Source: Patescibacteria group bacterium
GTDB taxonomy: Bacteria > Patescibacteriota > WWE3 > UBA101185 > UBA10185
NCBI GenBank assembly: GCA_041658075.1
Contig: JBBAAW010000002.1
Coordinates: 602-64,601 of the forward strand
DNA length: 64,000 bases
Direction of reading: 5' to 3'
Shown: piece by piece, positions 9,626 through 18,609 of the stretch
How positions within the stretch are numbered: the stretch's first letter is position 1
Layout: the number at the start of each line of letters is the position of its first letter
Notes under the pieces: model-generated
What the model saw: the letters and a program-made list of their open reading frames with translations, nothing else
Told to the model about the DNA's origin: nothing
The model's database searches: none
Made by a program: the position numbers and the translations under genes

Positions 9626-11096
9626 GAAACACATTTTATTTATTGTATTCTCGTTGTTTTACCTGATACTTTCTTTGGTAACTTATAAAGACTATGGAAT
9701 AACTTCCGACGAGCAGCTAGAGTATCGGGCGGGAAAAACTTATTTTAACTACCTTTTCTCAAACACCTCTAAACGCCAAGAAATAGTAACAAAAGTGTCG
9801 CCCAGGGAAAATCCTCAAGATTTTCCCTATTTTAGGCTTTATCCTGGCTTGGTGTCGCTTATTAACTACCAATCCTATTACGAGTGGGCGCACTTGATAG
9901 ATTTACTTTTTGGATATTTAGGTTTTCTTGTTATATACCTGCTTGTTTTTGACATTACCCGTTCAAAACTATCGATCCTCGCACCACTGCTATTATTTCT
10001 AAATCCCTATTACTTTGGCCATATTCCCGCCAATCCAAAGGACATCCCTTTTTCTACACTCTATCTATTTTGCGTGTATTTAATAATCAAACTCGACACT
10101 AACAGAATTAAACCCTTTATAATTTTAGGGATTTTCCTTGGATTACTTACAGGAATGAGGTTTGTAGGACTTACTTTATTTTGTTTTCTGGCAATTAAAC
10201 TTCTGACTTCTGTAAAAAACCGTAACGACTTATTTAAGATAGCTTTGCGTTTTACAGCTACAGTATTAATCTTATCAATTATACTTTACTTAATCTGGCC
10301 ATATCTTTGGCACGATCCCGTTAACCAACTCCTATCGTTAGCAAGAGACGCGCAAGATTTTTCCTTTTGGGACAGAGATACTTTATTTGGCGGGCAGTTG
10401 ATTACTAAGGATACGCGTCCGTGGTATTACCTTTTTACTTATATTTTCTATAAAACACCACCTTTAATTTTGCTTGGGTTACTTGGATCTTTATTTGTAA
10501 AATCTCGTAAAATACTGTTTATTCTAGTTATCGTAGTTTTTAATCTCGTCCTGTACCTTATCTTACAGCCCACCATTTACAATGAAATGCGCCACTTTCT
10601 GTATTTAGTTCCGTTATTTACCGTTTTGTCAGCAATTTTGTTTATCAACCTTTTAGGGAGTAGAAAAACATTAGTTTTCCGAACCATACTTGTTGTTATT
10701 TTGTGTGGGTTACTAAAGATGTCGTACGACTTTGTTTTACTTCACCCCTATCAGTATGTATATTTTAACGAGTTTGCTGGAAAAATGGTCTATATTACTA
10801 AAAAATACGAAGTTGATTATTGGTCGGCGTCTTATAAAGAGTCCAGTGAGTATTTAAGAAACCTATCGTTACAGAGTCCTACCCCAATAAAAGTTTATCC
10901 CTGCAACCTGGCTTTTGGAGTCGACTATTATTCTCATAAAAGCTTTGTACTTGTAAATAAATCAAAAGACGCGGATTATATAATTTGCGACTATCAGAAC
11001 GCTTTAATAAATAATTTTGACTTAGAGGGCAGAATTGTGTTTAAAGTAGTTAGAAAAGGAGCAACGCTTTCTTATGTGGCTAAAACGGATAGATAA
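9603..11096 (+). CDS. GT-C fold membrane glycosyltransferase paralog (second copy of the tandem pair)
   Basis: 497 aa and near-collinear with 8138..9625. The start codon is embedded in the conserved C-terminal codons (..TATGTGGCTAAAACG..) of the upstream gene. The protein starts MWLKR. Confidence 0.55.
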   Translation: MWLKRLNKKHILFIVFSLFYLILSLVTYKDYGITSDEQLEYRAGKTYFNYLFSNTSKRQEIVTKVSPRENPQDFPYFRLYPGLVSLINYQSYYEWAHLIDLLFGYLGFLVIYLLVFDITRSKLSILAPLLLFLNPYYFGHIPANPKDIPFSTLYLFCVYLIIKLDTNRIKPFIILGIFLGLLTGMRFVGLTLFCFLAIKLLTSVKNRNDLFKIALRFTATVLILSIILYLIWPYLWHDPVNQLLSLARDAQDFSFWDRDTLFGGQLITKDTRPWYYLFTYIFYKTPPLILLGLLGSLFVKSRKILFILVIVVFNLVLYLILQPTIYNEMRHFLYLVPLFTVLSAILFINLLGSRKTLVFRTILVVILCGLLKMSYDFVLLHPYQYVYFNEFAGKMVYITKKYEVDYWSASYKESSEYLRNLSLQSPTPIKVYPCNLAFGVDYYSHKSFVLVNKSKDADYIICDYQNALINNFDLEGRIVFKVVRKGATLSYVAKTDR

Positions 11097-12660
11097 AGGC
11101 TTAATAGTATCGGTTATATTGTTTTTGATTGCCTTACCTCTAATTTGGCAGATTAATTTTCCCCAAAACGACGATTGGGTTTACTACAAAATGGTTAAAA
11201 ACTTTATGAGTGGGAATTTTAAACTCGACCCTATTTCCGCACCCACCTTTTATTTTCAGGGAATTTTAGGCGCGGTTTTTTCTTTGATTTTTGAATTAAA
11301 GCGACTTCCCATTCTTACCTTACTTGTGAGCGTGGTAAATTTCTATCTGCTGTTTAAAATCCTCTCGAATTCAACCAAGCTCGGTACAAATATATCGATT
11401 GTTGTTGCCCTCATATGGTTTTTTAACCCGTTAAATGTCTATTCTTCATTAGGGTTTATGACAGAAAACTACCTGCTGTTGTGCATTTTGGCAAGTTTAT
11501 ACTTTTTTAACTTGTATATCGTCGACATGAAACCCCGGAACTTTTTACTATTTAATTTGTTCCTGTTCTTTGGACTCATGACTAAACAGTCGGCACTAGC
11601 TTTGGCGACATGTTATCCCGCGTATTTTCTGGTCAACAAAAAATGGCGACTTCTTGGCATACAAGCAATAATTTCCGTACTTCTTTTTATGTTTTATTTT
11701 CTAATCTTCCCAAAAACTGTGGAAATGTTTGAAAAACCTTTACAGTTTCATCATTTATACGACTTCGACTACCTAAAACAATTGACGCGGGCGCTGATTA
11801 TTTATATATCAGCTTTTTGTTTTCCATTATTGATTCTTTTGTTGTGTGGCCGCGATGTAATTAAAAAGCGCAAAAATCTCATCGTCACAATTCTCATTAT
11901 CACAGTATCCTTGGCCTTCTATTTTTTCGTTTTTAAAAACTTTAAACCCAACCGACTTGGATGGCAAGAGTTTTTTTACCTTGACAACATTTTAGAAAGA
12001 ACCGGATTTTACCCGCGGGGAATTATGGGAACCAAGTTTTATTTTAAAGGCATTTACGATCTTTATAGATATTGGGACATTACCGCTAAATTTTTTTCTG
12101 GGTTTGTACTTATTGGACTGTTTATGGCGTTAAGGAAAGTAAAAACTCACGCCCATTTGTTGATATTTATTTTTACCTACTCTGTATTAATGCTTTTGGC
12201 AGAAAAAGTGTATGACCGGTATCTTCCCCCATTATTCTTAGTGTTTATCCTCTTGATGGCGTCCAACTTTAATCCGCTGTTCCAAAATAGAAACTTACGA
12301 CGATTTTTATTTATCTTTTTATCGTCATTCCTAGCCTTCTTAATTTTCTATTCTTACCAATTCTCTATGGATTTTGTTTTGATCAATAAACATATCTGGA
12401 ATCGCTCTCTCCAAATTGTCGAGCAAGAAAAAATTCCGCCAAAGCTTATTAAGGGAACAAACGCGTGGAAACTTTCCGAGTTTAATATTGAAAGAAATTA
12501 TCTGTACGACTTTACATTCGACAATATTAAAGTCAACAAAAGGTACGACGAGCAGTACGACTTAATTGAAAGGCATCGAGTTGATTTTCCTGGTTCGCTT
12601 TTTGTGAATCCTTACATCTATTTATATAAAAAGAAGAATCTTGTTGATATAGTAATATAG
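11074..12660 (+). CDS. GT-C fold-like polytopic membrane protein (putative glycosyltransferase)
   Basis: 528 aa with more than 10 TM helices. It starts MWLKR from the same embedded-ATG module. The loop QNDDWVYYKMV follows TM1. Confidence 0.45.
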   Translation: MWLKRIDKGLIVSVILFLIALPLIWQINFPQNDDWVYYKMVKNFMSGNFKLDPISAPTFYFQGILGAVFSLIFELKRLPILTLLVSVVNFYLLFKILSNSTKLGTNISIVVALIWFFNPLNVYSSLGFMTENYLLLCILASLYFFNLYIVDMKPRNFLLFNLFLFFGLMTKQSALALATCYPAYFLVNKKWRLLGIQAIISVLLFMFYFLIFPKTVEMFEKPLQFHHLYDFDYLKQLTRALIIYISAFCFPLLILLLCGRDVIKKRKNLIVTILIITVSLAFYFFVFKNFKPNRLGWQEFFYLDNILERTGFYPRGIMGTKFYFKGIYDLYRYWDITAKFFSGFVLIGLFMALRKVKTHAHLLIFIFTYSVLMLLAEKVYDRYLPPLFLVFILLMASNFNPLFQNRNLRRFLFIFLSSFLAFLIFYSYQFSMDFVLINKHIWNRSLQIVEQEKIPPKLIKGTNAWKLSEFNIERNYLYDFTFDNIKVNKRYDEQYDLIERHRVDFPGSLFVNPYIYLYKKKNLVDIVI

Positions 12661-12672
12661 CAGTACGACTTT

Positions 12673-13551
12673 ATGAAAAAATTGGCGATAATTATTGTTA
12701 ACTATAATACCAAAGATATTTTGCGTGACTGCCTAAAGAATCTTGAGCGACTTAATCTGCAAGATGTGCAAATCGTAGTTGTAGATAACGGATCAAAGGA
12801 TGGTTCCGCGGATATGATGGGGGCGGAATTTAAAAATGTCGATCTCATTAGAACGGAAAATAAAGGTTTAGCTGTGGGGTATAACCTCGGGATGACGCGA
12901 GCTACGGATGCCGATTACTATCTTTTTATGGGTACAGATGCCTTTCCAAAGCCGGGTTGTATTGAAGGTGTGATCGATTTCATTGAGGCTCGTAGCGAGG
13001 TTGGGATTGCTACGGCAAAATTGGTTTTGCGTAGCGGAGCGTTGGATATGGACGCACACAGAGGTTTTCCCATCCCATGGACGGCTTTAACACACTTTGC
13101 AGGACTGGATCGGCTGTTTCCCAAGTCACACATTTTTAATAAATACTTCTTAGGTTGGCACGACATGAGTAAGCCCCACGAAATTGATCTGTGTATAAGC
13201 CATTTTATGATGGTTAAAAAAGAGGTTTTTGATAAGGTTGAACCTTGGGATGAGGATTTTTTTGTGTATGGTGAGGATGTGGACTTTTGTTGGCGAGTTA
13301 AACAAGGTGGTTTCAAAATCTTCTATTTACCACAATTTGAATGTTTGCATTATAAAGGTGTTAGCGTGGGTATTAGAAAAGAAACTTCTGATGTAACTAA
13401 AGCCGACGATGCAACAAAGTCGCGAATGAAATCAGAAACTACCCACGCCATGCGACTCTTTTACCAAAAACACATGTATAGAAAATATCCTTGGATTATA
13501 AATAAAGTTGTCGAGCTCGGAATCACCGCCATTTCGTCGTCACGAAAATAA
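12673..13551 (+). CDS. Family 2 glycosyltransferase (GT-A fold)
   Basis: N-terminus KLAIIIVNYNTKDIL...VVDNGSKDGS is the classic GT2 signature. DxD-type motifs are present downstream. Confidence 0.8.
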   Translation: MKKLAIIIVNYNTKDILRDCLKNLERLNLQDVQIVVVDNGSKDGSADMMGAEFKNVDLIRTENKGLAVGYNLGMTRATDADYYLFMGTDAFPKPGCIEGVIDFIEARSEVGIATAKLVLRSGALDMDAHRGFPIPWTALTHFAGLDRLFPKSHIFNKYFLGWHDMSKPHEIDLCISHFMMVKKEVFDKVEPWDEDFFVYGEDVDFCWRVKQGGFKIFYLPQFECLHYKGVSVGIRKETSDVTKADDATKSRMKSETTHAMRLFYQKHMYRKYPWIINKVVELGITAISSSRK

Positions 13552-13576
13552 CGTCATACGAGACCGGTTCTTCTCG

Positions 13577-13915
13577 TCACTCCGCATTCCTCGCAGTATA
13601 TGCTTCGATAATTGCCACCACATCTCTTGCTATATATGGATTAAGCACATTACCAGACGGCGATACATACTCAACTTTTTCATCGTCAAATCTTGCACCA
13701 TCAACAATAGGTTTCAGAAAAGCTACTAGTTGTTTTAATTCTTCTTTCGATGGGTATTTCGTCATTAGATTATCTGCCCTTTCAGCCACCTTCTGAAATA
13801 CCGCACTTTCCGGCTCTGCATAAGGTAATTCTTTCGCCTCCGCTTCAGTAATACCAAGCGCATCTGCAACAACTTTTGGACCTAGATTTTCATTGGATAG
13901 TCTTTCCTCTTTCAT
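13577..13915 (-). CDS. hypothetical acidic small protein
   Basis: 112-aa ORF with no recognisable motif. Confidence 0.3.
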   Translation of the reverse strand: MKEERLSNENLGPKVVADALGITEAEAKELPYAEPESAVFQKVAERADNLMTKYPSKEELKQLVAFLKPIVDGARFDDEKVEYVSPSGNVLNPYIARDVVAIIEAYTARNAE

Positions 13916-13966
13916 AATATCCTTTCTTAAATTAACACTAAATATAGTTAATCAAATAGCGCTTAT

Positions 13967-15262
13967 TTAGTCAATCGCAGAGTCATCTAGCTCTAAGGTT
14001 TTCTGTTTTCCTGTATTAAGGTTTTTTACAGTCATCACGCCTTTTTCTAGTTCCTCCTCACCTATTATTACTACTTGAGGAATCCCTTTTTTGTCTGCGT
14101 ATTTTAATTGTTTTTCCAGTTTGGTGCCAGTATCCAACCAGCAGACTACATTTTTTCCTTGCGCTCTTAGCTTCTCAGCAACTTCAAGTGACTTAAGGAG
14201 AAATTTTGAGTCGTCAGAAGGCCAAACGGTTACTAAATAATCAACTTCGCTTTTAAACTGGGGCAATAAATTCCAACCCGTTAAAAACTCCAAAAGCGTG
14301 TAATCCCCCATAGCAAAGCCTGTGGAAGGAAGTTCGTAGTCGCCAAAAATATTTATTAGCTTATCAAATCTCTCACCTCCAAAAATTGAGCGGCGATTAT
14401 TAGGATTATTGTCAAAAACCTCGTAAACCAAGCCGTCGCTATAATCAAAACCTCTGATGATGGCTGCGTCAAATTTAACTGATCCGTCAATTCCCACATC
14501 CTTTAAATATCCAAATAACTTTTGGAGTGCCTGGTACCCCGCGTTACCTTTAGGAATATTTAGACCTTCAAAATCGCTGGACATAAACTGCTCGACTTCT
14601 CTAATTTGCGACTCACTTAACCCCAAATCCGTAAGACTGGCCGTAAAATCTTCGGCCGACAATTTTTCCCGCTTATCCATCAGTCGTCTAACTTTTGATT
14701 GGACTTCGGTATTGAGCTTAAGGACTTCATTAAGGAGCGCGTTTACCAAGCGTCGATCGCTTACCTTAATTTGATACATCTCCTCCTTGGCGCTAAAAGC
14801 CCTCATTATCGCCACAATTAGCTGGAAAATCTCAAAATCCGCTTCCACACCACTCACGCCAAATATATTAGCCTCCAGCTGGTAAAACTCTCGACCTCTG
14901 CCCGTTTGGGGCTTTTCATAGCGCCAATTATTACCGATCATAAACCATTTAATAGGCTGGGGTGTTTCCTTATACTTTTGTGCAATCATTCTAACTGTTC
15001 CTGGTGTTAACTCGGGTCGGATAGCGATCTTGCGACCCCCTTTGTCCTCAAAAGAATACAACTGCTCGTTAACAATCTCCTCACCTGTTTTGGACGCAAA
15101 AATCTCAAACGGTTCTATAATGGGAAAGCTGTACTCCTCAAAGCCAAAGCTCTTGCAAACCTTACGCCAAGTGTCAAAAATATAATTCTCCACCTGCATG
15201 TCCTGCGGGTAAAAATCTCTGGCTCCTTTATATGGCTGTGTTAATAATTTATTCTGCAGCAT
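13967..15262 (-). CDS. hisS: histidine--tRNA ligase
   Basis: N-terminus ...QPYKGARDFYPQDM..., class II aaRS motifs, and a C-terminal anticodon-binding domain. Length is 431 aa. Confidence 0.9.
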   Translation of the reverse strand: MLQNKLLTQPYKGARDFYPQDMQVENYIFDTWRKVCKSFGFEEYSFPIIEPFEIFASKTGEEIVNEQLYSFEDKGGRKIAIRPELTPGTVRMIAQKYKETPQPIKWFMIGNNWRYEKPQTGRGREFYQLEANIFGVSGVEADFEIFQLIVAIMRAFSAKEEMYQIKVSDRRLVNALLNEVLKLNTEVQSKVRRLMDKREKLSAEDFTASLTDLGLSESQIREVEQFMSSDFEGLNIPKGNAGYQALQKLFGYLKDVGIDGSVKFDAAIIRGFDYSDGLVYEVFDNNPNNRRSIFGGERFDKLINIFGDYELPSTGFAMGDYTLLEFLTGWNLLPQFKSEVDYLVTVWPSDDSKFLLKSLEVAEKLRAQGKNVVCWLDTGTKLEKQLKYADKKGIPQVVIIGEEELEKGVMTVKNLNTGKQKTLELDDSAID

Positions 15263-15501
15263 ACATCAAGTATACTATCTAGCCAAGACTTCGTAAAACT
15301 TTTTAGCCTGTTTTACCACATCACACTCAAATTCAATCTTACGCTTAGCTCTCTGTAGAATCTCGTCGATATTAATTCTTCCCGTAGAAAGTTTTTCCCT
15401 ATATCGCGTTTTTTCGCGGATCGCCGTAGTTACAATGTTTCTCGTATTACAATATAAATCGCTTTACTGGGAGACCCGCTATTACACAGGGTCGTAAATT
15501 T

Positions 15502-16239
15502 TTATACTTTTACAGATTTCACAAAAATCGAAGGTCCAAAGTTTATGAAACCAAAAGGCTTCTGCAATAGATTTTCTAGAATCAGCAGTGATTCTTTGGA
15601 TAATGTTTTCTTCACCGCGTCGTTCCTAAAATTAGAAACCGAAAGCTTTTCCACCACTCTAAAACTATTACTTTTTAAGGACTTCTCCACAAAATCCGGA
15701 TGAAAATTCAAAAATGTTACATCTTTGCTAGCGCGACTTATCGAGTCAGTTTTAAAATAGCCAAAATTAAACTTAGCAACATTTTTAACTGCCGACTTAA
15801 TGTGCATTTTATTAGCAAACTCCAAGATAAACACTCCGCCAGGTAAAAGTAGCTCGCTAATTTCATGAAAAGCTTTTCCCAAGTCGTCCAAATGGTGCGC
15901 AACTCTTACCATAACCACACAGTCAAACTTATCCAGCCCATATTGTGAAAGCTTGTAAAGGTTGCCTTCCTGCGTTTTTATGGCAACTCCTAGAGATTTG
16001 GCGCGATTTCGCGCCTGTGAAAGTATCTTGTTTGACTGGTCAAAAATCACGATTTCTTCAAACCGTCCCTTATACACAGGAATAAGCCTTCCAAAGCCCC
16101 CACCCGCGTCCAGAATTCGTTTCCCTTTGTTTGGTAGCATCTTTGCCAGGGCGGTAATTTCACTGGCGTTTTCGTAATCGCGACCCTCCCAGTATTTAAT
16201 GTAGTCATAAGTTTTATCGTTGTAATCAGGTCTTTGCAT
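15502..16239 (-). CDS. class I SAM-dependent methyltransferase
   Basis: Motif ILDAGGGFGRL (GxGxG) with acidic residue FDQS. The start is trimmed to Met20 (16239) because the longer ORF runs into tRNA-Arg. Confidence 0.65.
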   Translation of the reverse strand: MQRPDYNDKTYDYIKYWEGRDYENASEITALAKMLPNKGKRILDAGGGFGRLIPVYKGRFEEIVIFDQSNKILSQARNRAKSLGVAIKTQEGNLYKLSQYGLDKFDCVVMVRVAHHLDDLGKAFHEISELLLPGGVFILEFANKMHIKSAVKNVAKFNFGYFKTDSISRASKDVTFLNFHPDFVEKSLKSNSFRVVEKLSVSNFRNDAVKKTLSKESLLILENLLQKPFGFINFGPSIFVKSVKV

Positions 16240-16245
16240 AGTATT

Positions 16246-16323
16246 TGGTGCGCCTGGAGGGACTTGAACCCCCACATAACCTTGTTCCGAAGACAAGTGC
16301 CCTATCCATTAGGCCACAGGCGC
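16246..16323 (-). tRNA. tRNA-Arg (anticodon TCG)
   Basis: The reverse complement folds as a cloverleaf. The acceptor is GCGCCTG/CAGGCGC, the anticodon stem is CTTGT/ACAAG with loop CTTCGGA, the T-loop is TTCAAGT, and the 3' ACCA is encoded. Confidence 0.75.
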
Positions 16324-16764
16324 GCAATTTAATCGCCAACTACTACCTTCTTTTTGTGTTTTTTTTCTATGACAATTTGCACACCTAACCTCACATTTTG
16401 ACATCTCTTCCGCCAACCTCTCGTGCGGTACACTTTTCTTAATAAGATCACTGATACTAAATTCCTTCTTATGTTTATCCTTGTGATCAAACTCTAATAC
16501 TAACACGTCCTTTTCACCGCAATCGATGCAAGGATTAGATCTCAGGAAAGACTCTACAAATTTAAAATGCTTTTGTCTAATCCCTAACCTACTTTTTCTA
16601 GCCTTATCCAGATAGTACCTCTTATTCTTTAGATAGTGCTCTTTTATATAATCGCGAGAGCACCTCCTGCAATAGTAGGCTCGCTTCACATCTCTAATTT
16701 TCCAATTAAAATCTGTATCCTCTAATAACTGTTTACAACGAGTACATCTCCTCATTGCTAGCAA
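16309..16764 (-). CDS. HNH endonuclease with N-terminal Cys4 zinc ribbon
   Basis: CTRCKQ...CRRCSRD zinc ribbon. The HNH core is EFDHKDKHK...CANCH. The 3' end overlaps the tRNA-Arg gene by 15 nt. Confidence 0.65.
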   Translation of the reverse strand: MLAMRRCTRCKQLLEDTDFNWKIRDVKRAYYCRRCSRDYIKEHYLKNKRYYLDKARKSRLGIRQKHFKFVESFLRSNPCIDCGEKDVLVLEFDHKDKHKKEFSISDLIKKSVPHERLAEEMSKCEVRCANCHRKKTQKEGSSWRLNCAPVA

Positions 16765-16886
16765 TGATACACAACATGTTCTTCGAAATCAATTCCAGAT
16801 ACCGAAGCGAAGCGCTCTAATCCGCTGAGTTACGAAAGCACACCTTACGTCCCATTTTATCACGAATTGTGTGTTAGAATTTATAG

Positions 16887-17375
16887 GTGAATACATTTGT
16901 AAACATAAAAAGTCGCAAAATACCAATATCGACAGTGTTAAAAGTCGCTTATTTAATTTTCTTGGTAACAACAATTTTTTATGTAAAAAGCGTTTTGGAT
17001 GTAGATTCTTTTAAAGCTACGGAAAAAGCCGTTGAAAAACCCACCGTTAAAGTAAAAAATGTGTCAGTAAATTTGCTATTAGAAGTCGAGCAGGAAACAA
17101 AAGAATACAAAGCAGAACTAAGAAATATTGACACCGTGGAAGACTTCTTGAAGGAGTTACGGAATAAACAGGGTCTATACTATGAAAAAGATATTTATAC
17201 CTACGGAGTGGAAATTGTAAGTGTTTTTGACAAAGAACCTGTTGGCGATAAAAAGTGGGCGGTTTTGTTGGATGACAAGAATATAACAAATAAGATTTCG
17301 GATGAATATTTGGTCGACGGTGCTATTTACACATTAAAACAGGTTGCTTTGGTTGCTAACGCCTCCTCGCAATGA
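16887..17375 (+). CDS. hypothetical membrane-anchored protein
   Basis: N-terminal TM helix followed by a soluble domain with no clear motif. A TGnTAnAAT-like -10 element (tgtgttagaat) lies about 25 bp upstream. Confidence 0.35.
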   Translation: MNTFVNIKSRKIPISTVLKVAYLIFLVTTIFYVKSVLDVDSFKATEKAVEKPTVKVKNVSVNLLLEVEQETKEYKAELRNIDTVEDFLKELRNKQGLYYEKDIYTYGVEIVSVFDKEPVGDKKWAVLLDDKNITNKISDEYLVDGAIYTLKQVALVANASSQ

Positions 17376-17397
17376 CGGTTTTAGCTATAGCGATGAA

Positions 17398-17730
17398 TTA
17401 TTCGTAACGGAGCGCAACAATAGGATCCAAGCGAGAGGCGCGAATAGCGGGAGCCACGCCAAAGACCACCCCAATAAAAGCAGAAACCGCAAAAGAAAGC
17501 CCAACAAAGAAACTCCAGAAAAACTTTATGCCTTCCTCCTGCGACTTAACCGAAAATTCATCTTTTTTCATTTGTCTAAGAAGCGTTCTTTCTATGTCGC
17601 GTTGAACTTTTTTTAATACTGTCGTATCTTGAGTTTTTACTAAAATATATGTAGGTCGATCGATTTGAAATCGCTGTTTGATTATACCTTTAAGCTGTGT
17701 ATTATATAAGCGTGGGAAGATTAATTTCAA
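17398..17730 (-). pseudogene. C-terminal remnant of an FtsX-family ABC transporter permease (LolC/MacB-like)
   Basis: The ORF ends ...FGVAPAIRASRLDPIVALRYE, the canonical C-terminus of FtsX-domain permeases. Only about one TM helix remains and the upstream domains are absent. Confidence 0.45.
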
Positions 17731-18095
17731 GTCATCATCCTAAGCGACAATTAAAAAGCTTTAAGTACGCCCTACGAGGAATTTTACACGCTACTGTTAA
17801 TGAGGCAAATTTCAGAACCCAATTGGCAATTGCTTTAGTTTCTATTATCGCGGGTTTTTTTTATCGAATTCAGCTTGTGGAGTGGATCGCCTTAATAGTG
17901 GTTTGCGGAATGCTTCTTTCTGCCGAACTTATCAATACGGCTATTGAGGAATTTATCGACCATTTAATTCACGAACATCACGAAGGCGCGCGGGTGATAA
18001 AAGACTTATCTGCTGGTTATGTTTTAACTACGGCGATTTGTGCTTTAGCGGTTTTTTTGCTAGTCTTTGTACCAAAAATCTTTCAACGTATATAA
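17697..18095 (+). CDS. dgkA: diacylglycerol kinase / undecaprenol kinase (DgkA family)
   Basis: SFKYALRGILHA, NFRTQL and ELINTAIEEFIDHL match DgkA motifs. The size is 3 TM and ~130 aa. Confidence 0.8.
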   Translation: MYYISVGRLISSHHPKRQLKSFKYALRGILHATVNEANFRTQLAIALVSIIAGFFYRIQLVEWIALIVVCGMLLSAELINTAIEEFIDHLIHEHHEGARVIKDLSAGYVLTTAICALAVFLLVFVPKIFQRI

Positions 18096-18573
18096 CAGCG
18101 CCAAGATAAAGTAGCCCGAACAGATAACCAGACACCACATCTTTAACAAAATGCGCACCAAGTAAAATACGGGATATTCCAATAAAAACAATCATAAAGG
18201 CGAAAAAAAACCGCGTTACGTGCCGAGTAACTTTATCGACACCCTTTAATTTAAACGATAGATAAAGCAAGTAACCAAAAAATGCCGTGTATAAAACCGT
18301 GTGGGTGCTGGGAAATGAATAAATCTCCGATTTTAATACCCGCTCCCAAGGAATAAACCCATCCGATATATATCCTATCGGCCTCTGCTCATTAAAAAGA
18401 TATTTCAGGAGAGAGCTGTATAACCCTGATGCTAGGCTAAGTGCTAAAGCAAGTAATCGCAAATAGTCCTGTCGAATAATTAAAAAAAGAGCAACAAAAA
18501 ACGCCATAACAAATATAATCGGCGAACTTCCCACCACGCTCACTTCTTTAATCGATCCAATTAGAATATCCAT
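18028..18573 (-). CDS. PAP2-family lipid phosphate phosphatase
   Basis: PAP2 signature KYLFNEQRP ... FPSTH ... SRILLGAHFVKDV. It converges on dgkA with a 68-nt overlap. Confidence 0.75.
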   Translation of the reverse strand: MDILIGSIKEVSVVGSSPIIFVMAFFVALFLIIRQDYLRLLALALSLASGLYSSLLKYLFNEQRPIGYISDGFIPWERVLKSEIYSFPSTHTVLYTAFFGYLLYLSFKLKGVDKVTRHVTRFFFAFMIVFIGISRILLGAHFVKDVVSGYLFGLLYLGAVIYVERFLVQRLAKKPLKHKSP

Positions 18574-18609
18574 GACAAGATTATAGCAAGTAAGTTCCGT
18601 CGTGATGGT

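Noticed and set aside
5880-14774. Short antisense ORFs nested inside large genes (e.g. 5880..6062, 7043..7246, 8605..8790, 8780..9037, 12868..13316, 14457..14774)
   Set aside because: They lie entirely within well-supported longer CDSs on the opposite strand and have no independent support.
15263-15501. Small hairpin CGCG-TTTTTT-CGCG and possible micro-ORF in the hisS/MTase intergenic region
   Set aside because: The stem is only 4-6 bp and there is no coding signal. Evidence is insufficient for a regulatory or terminator call.
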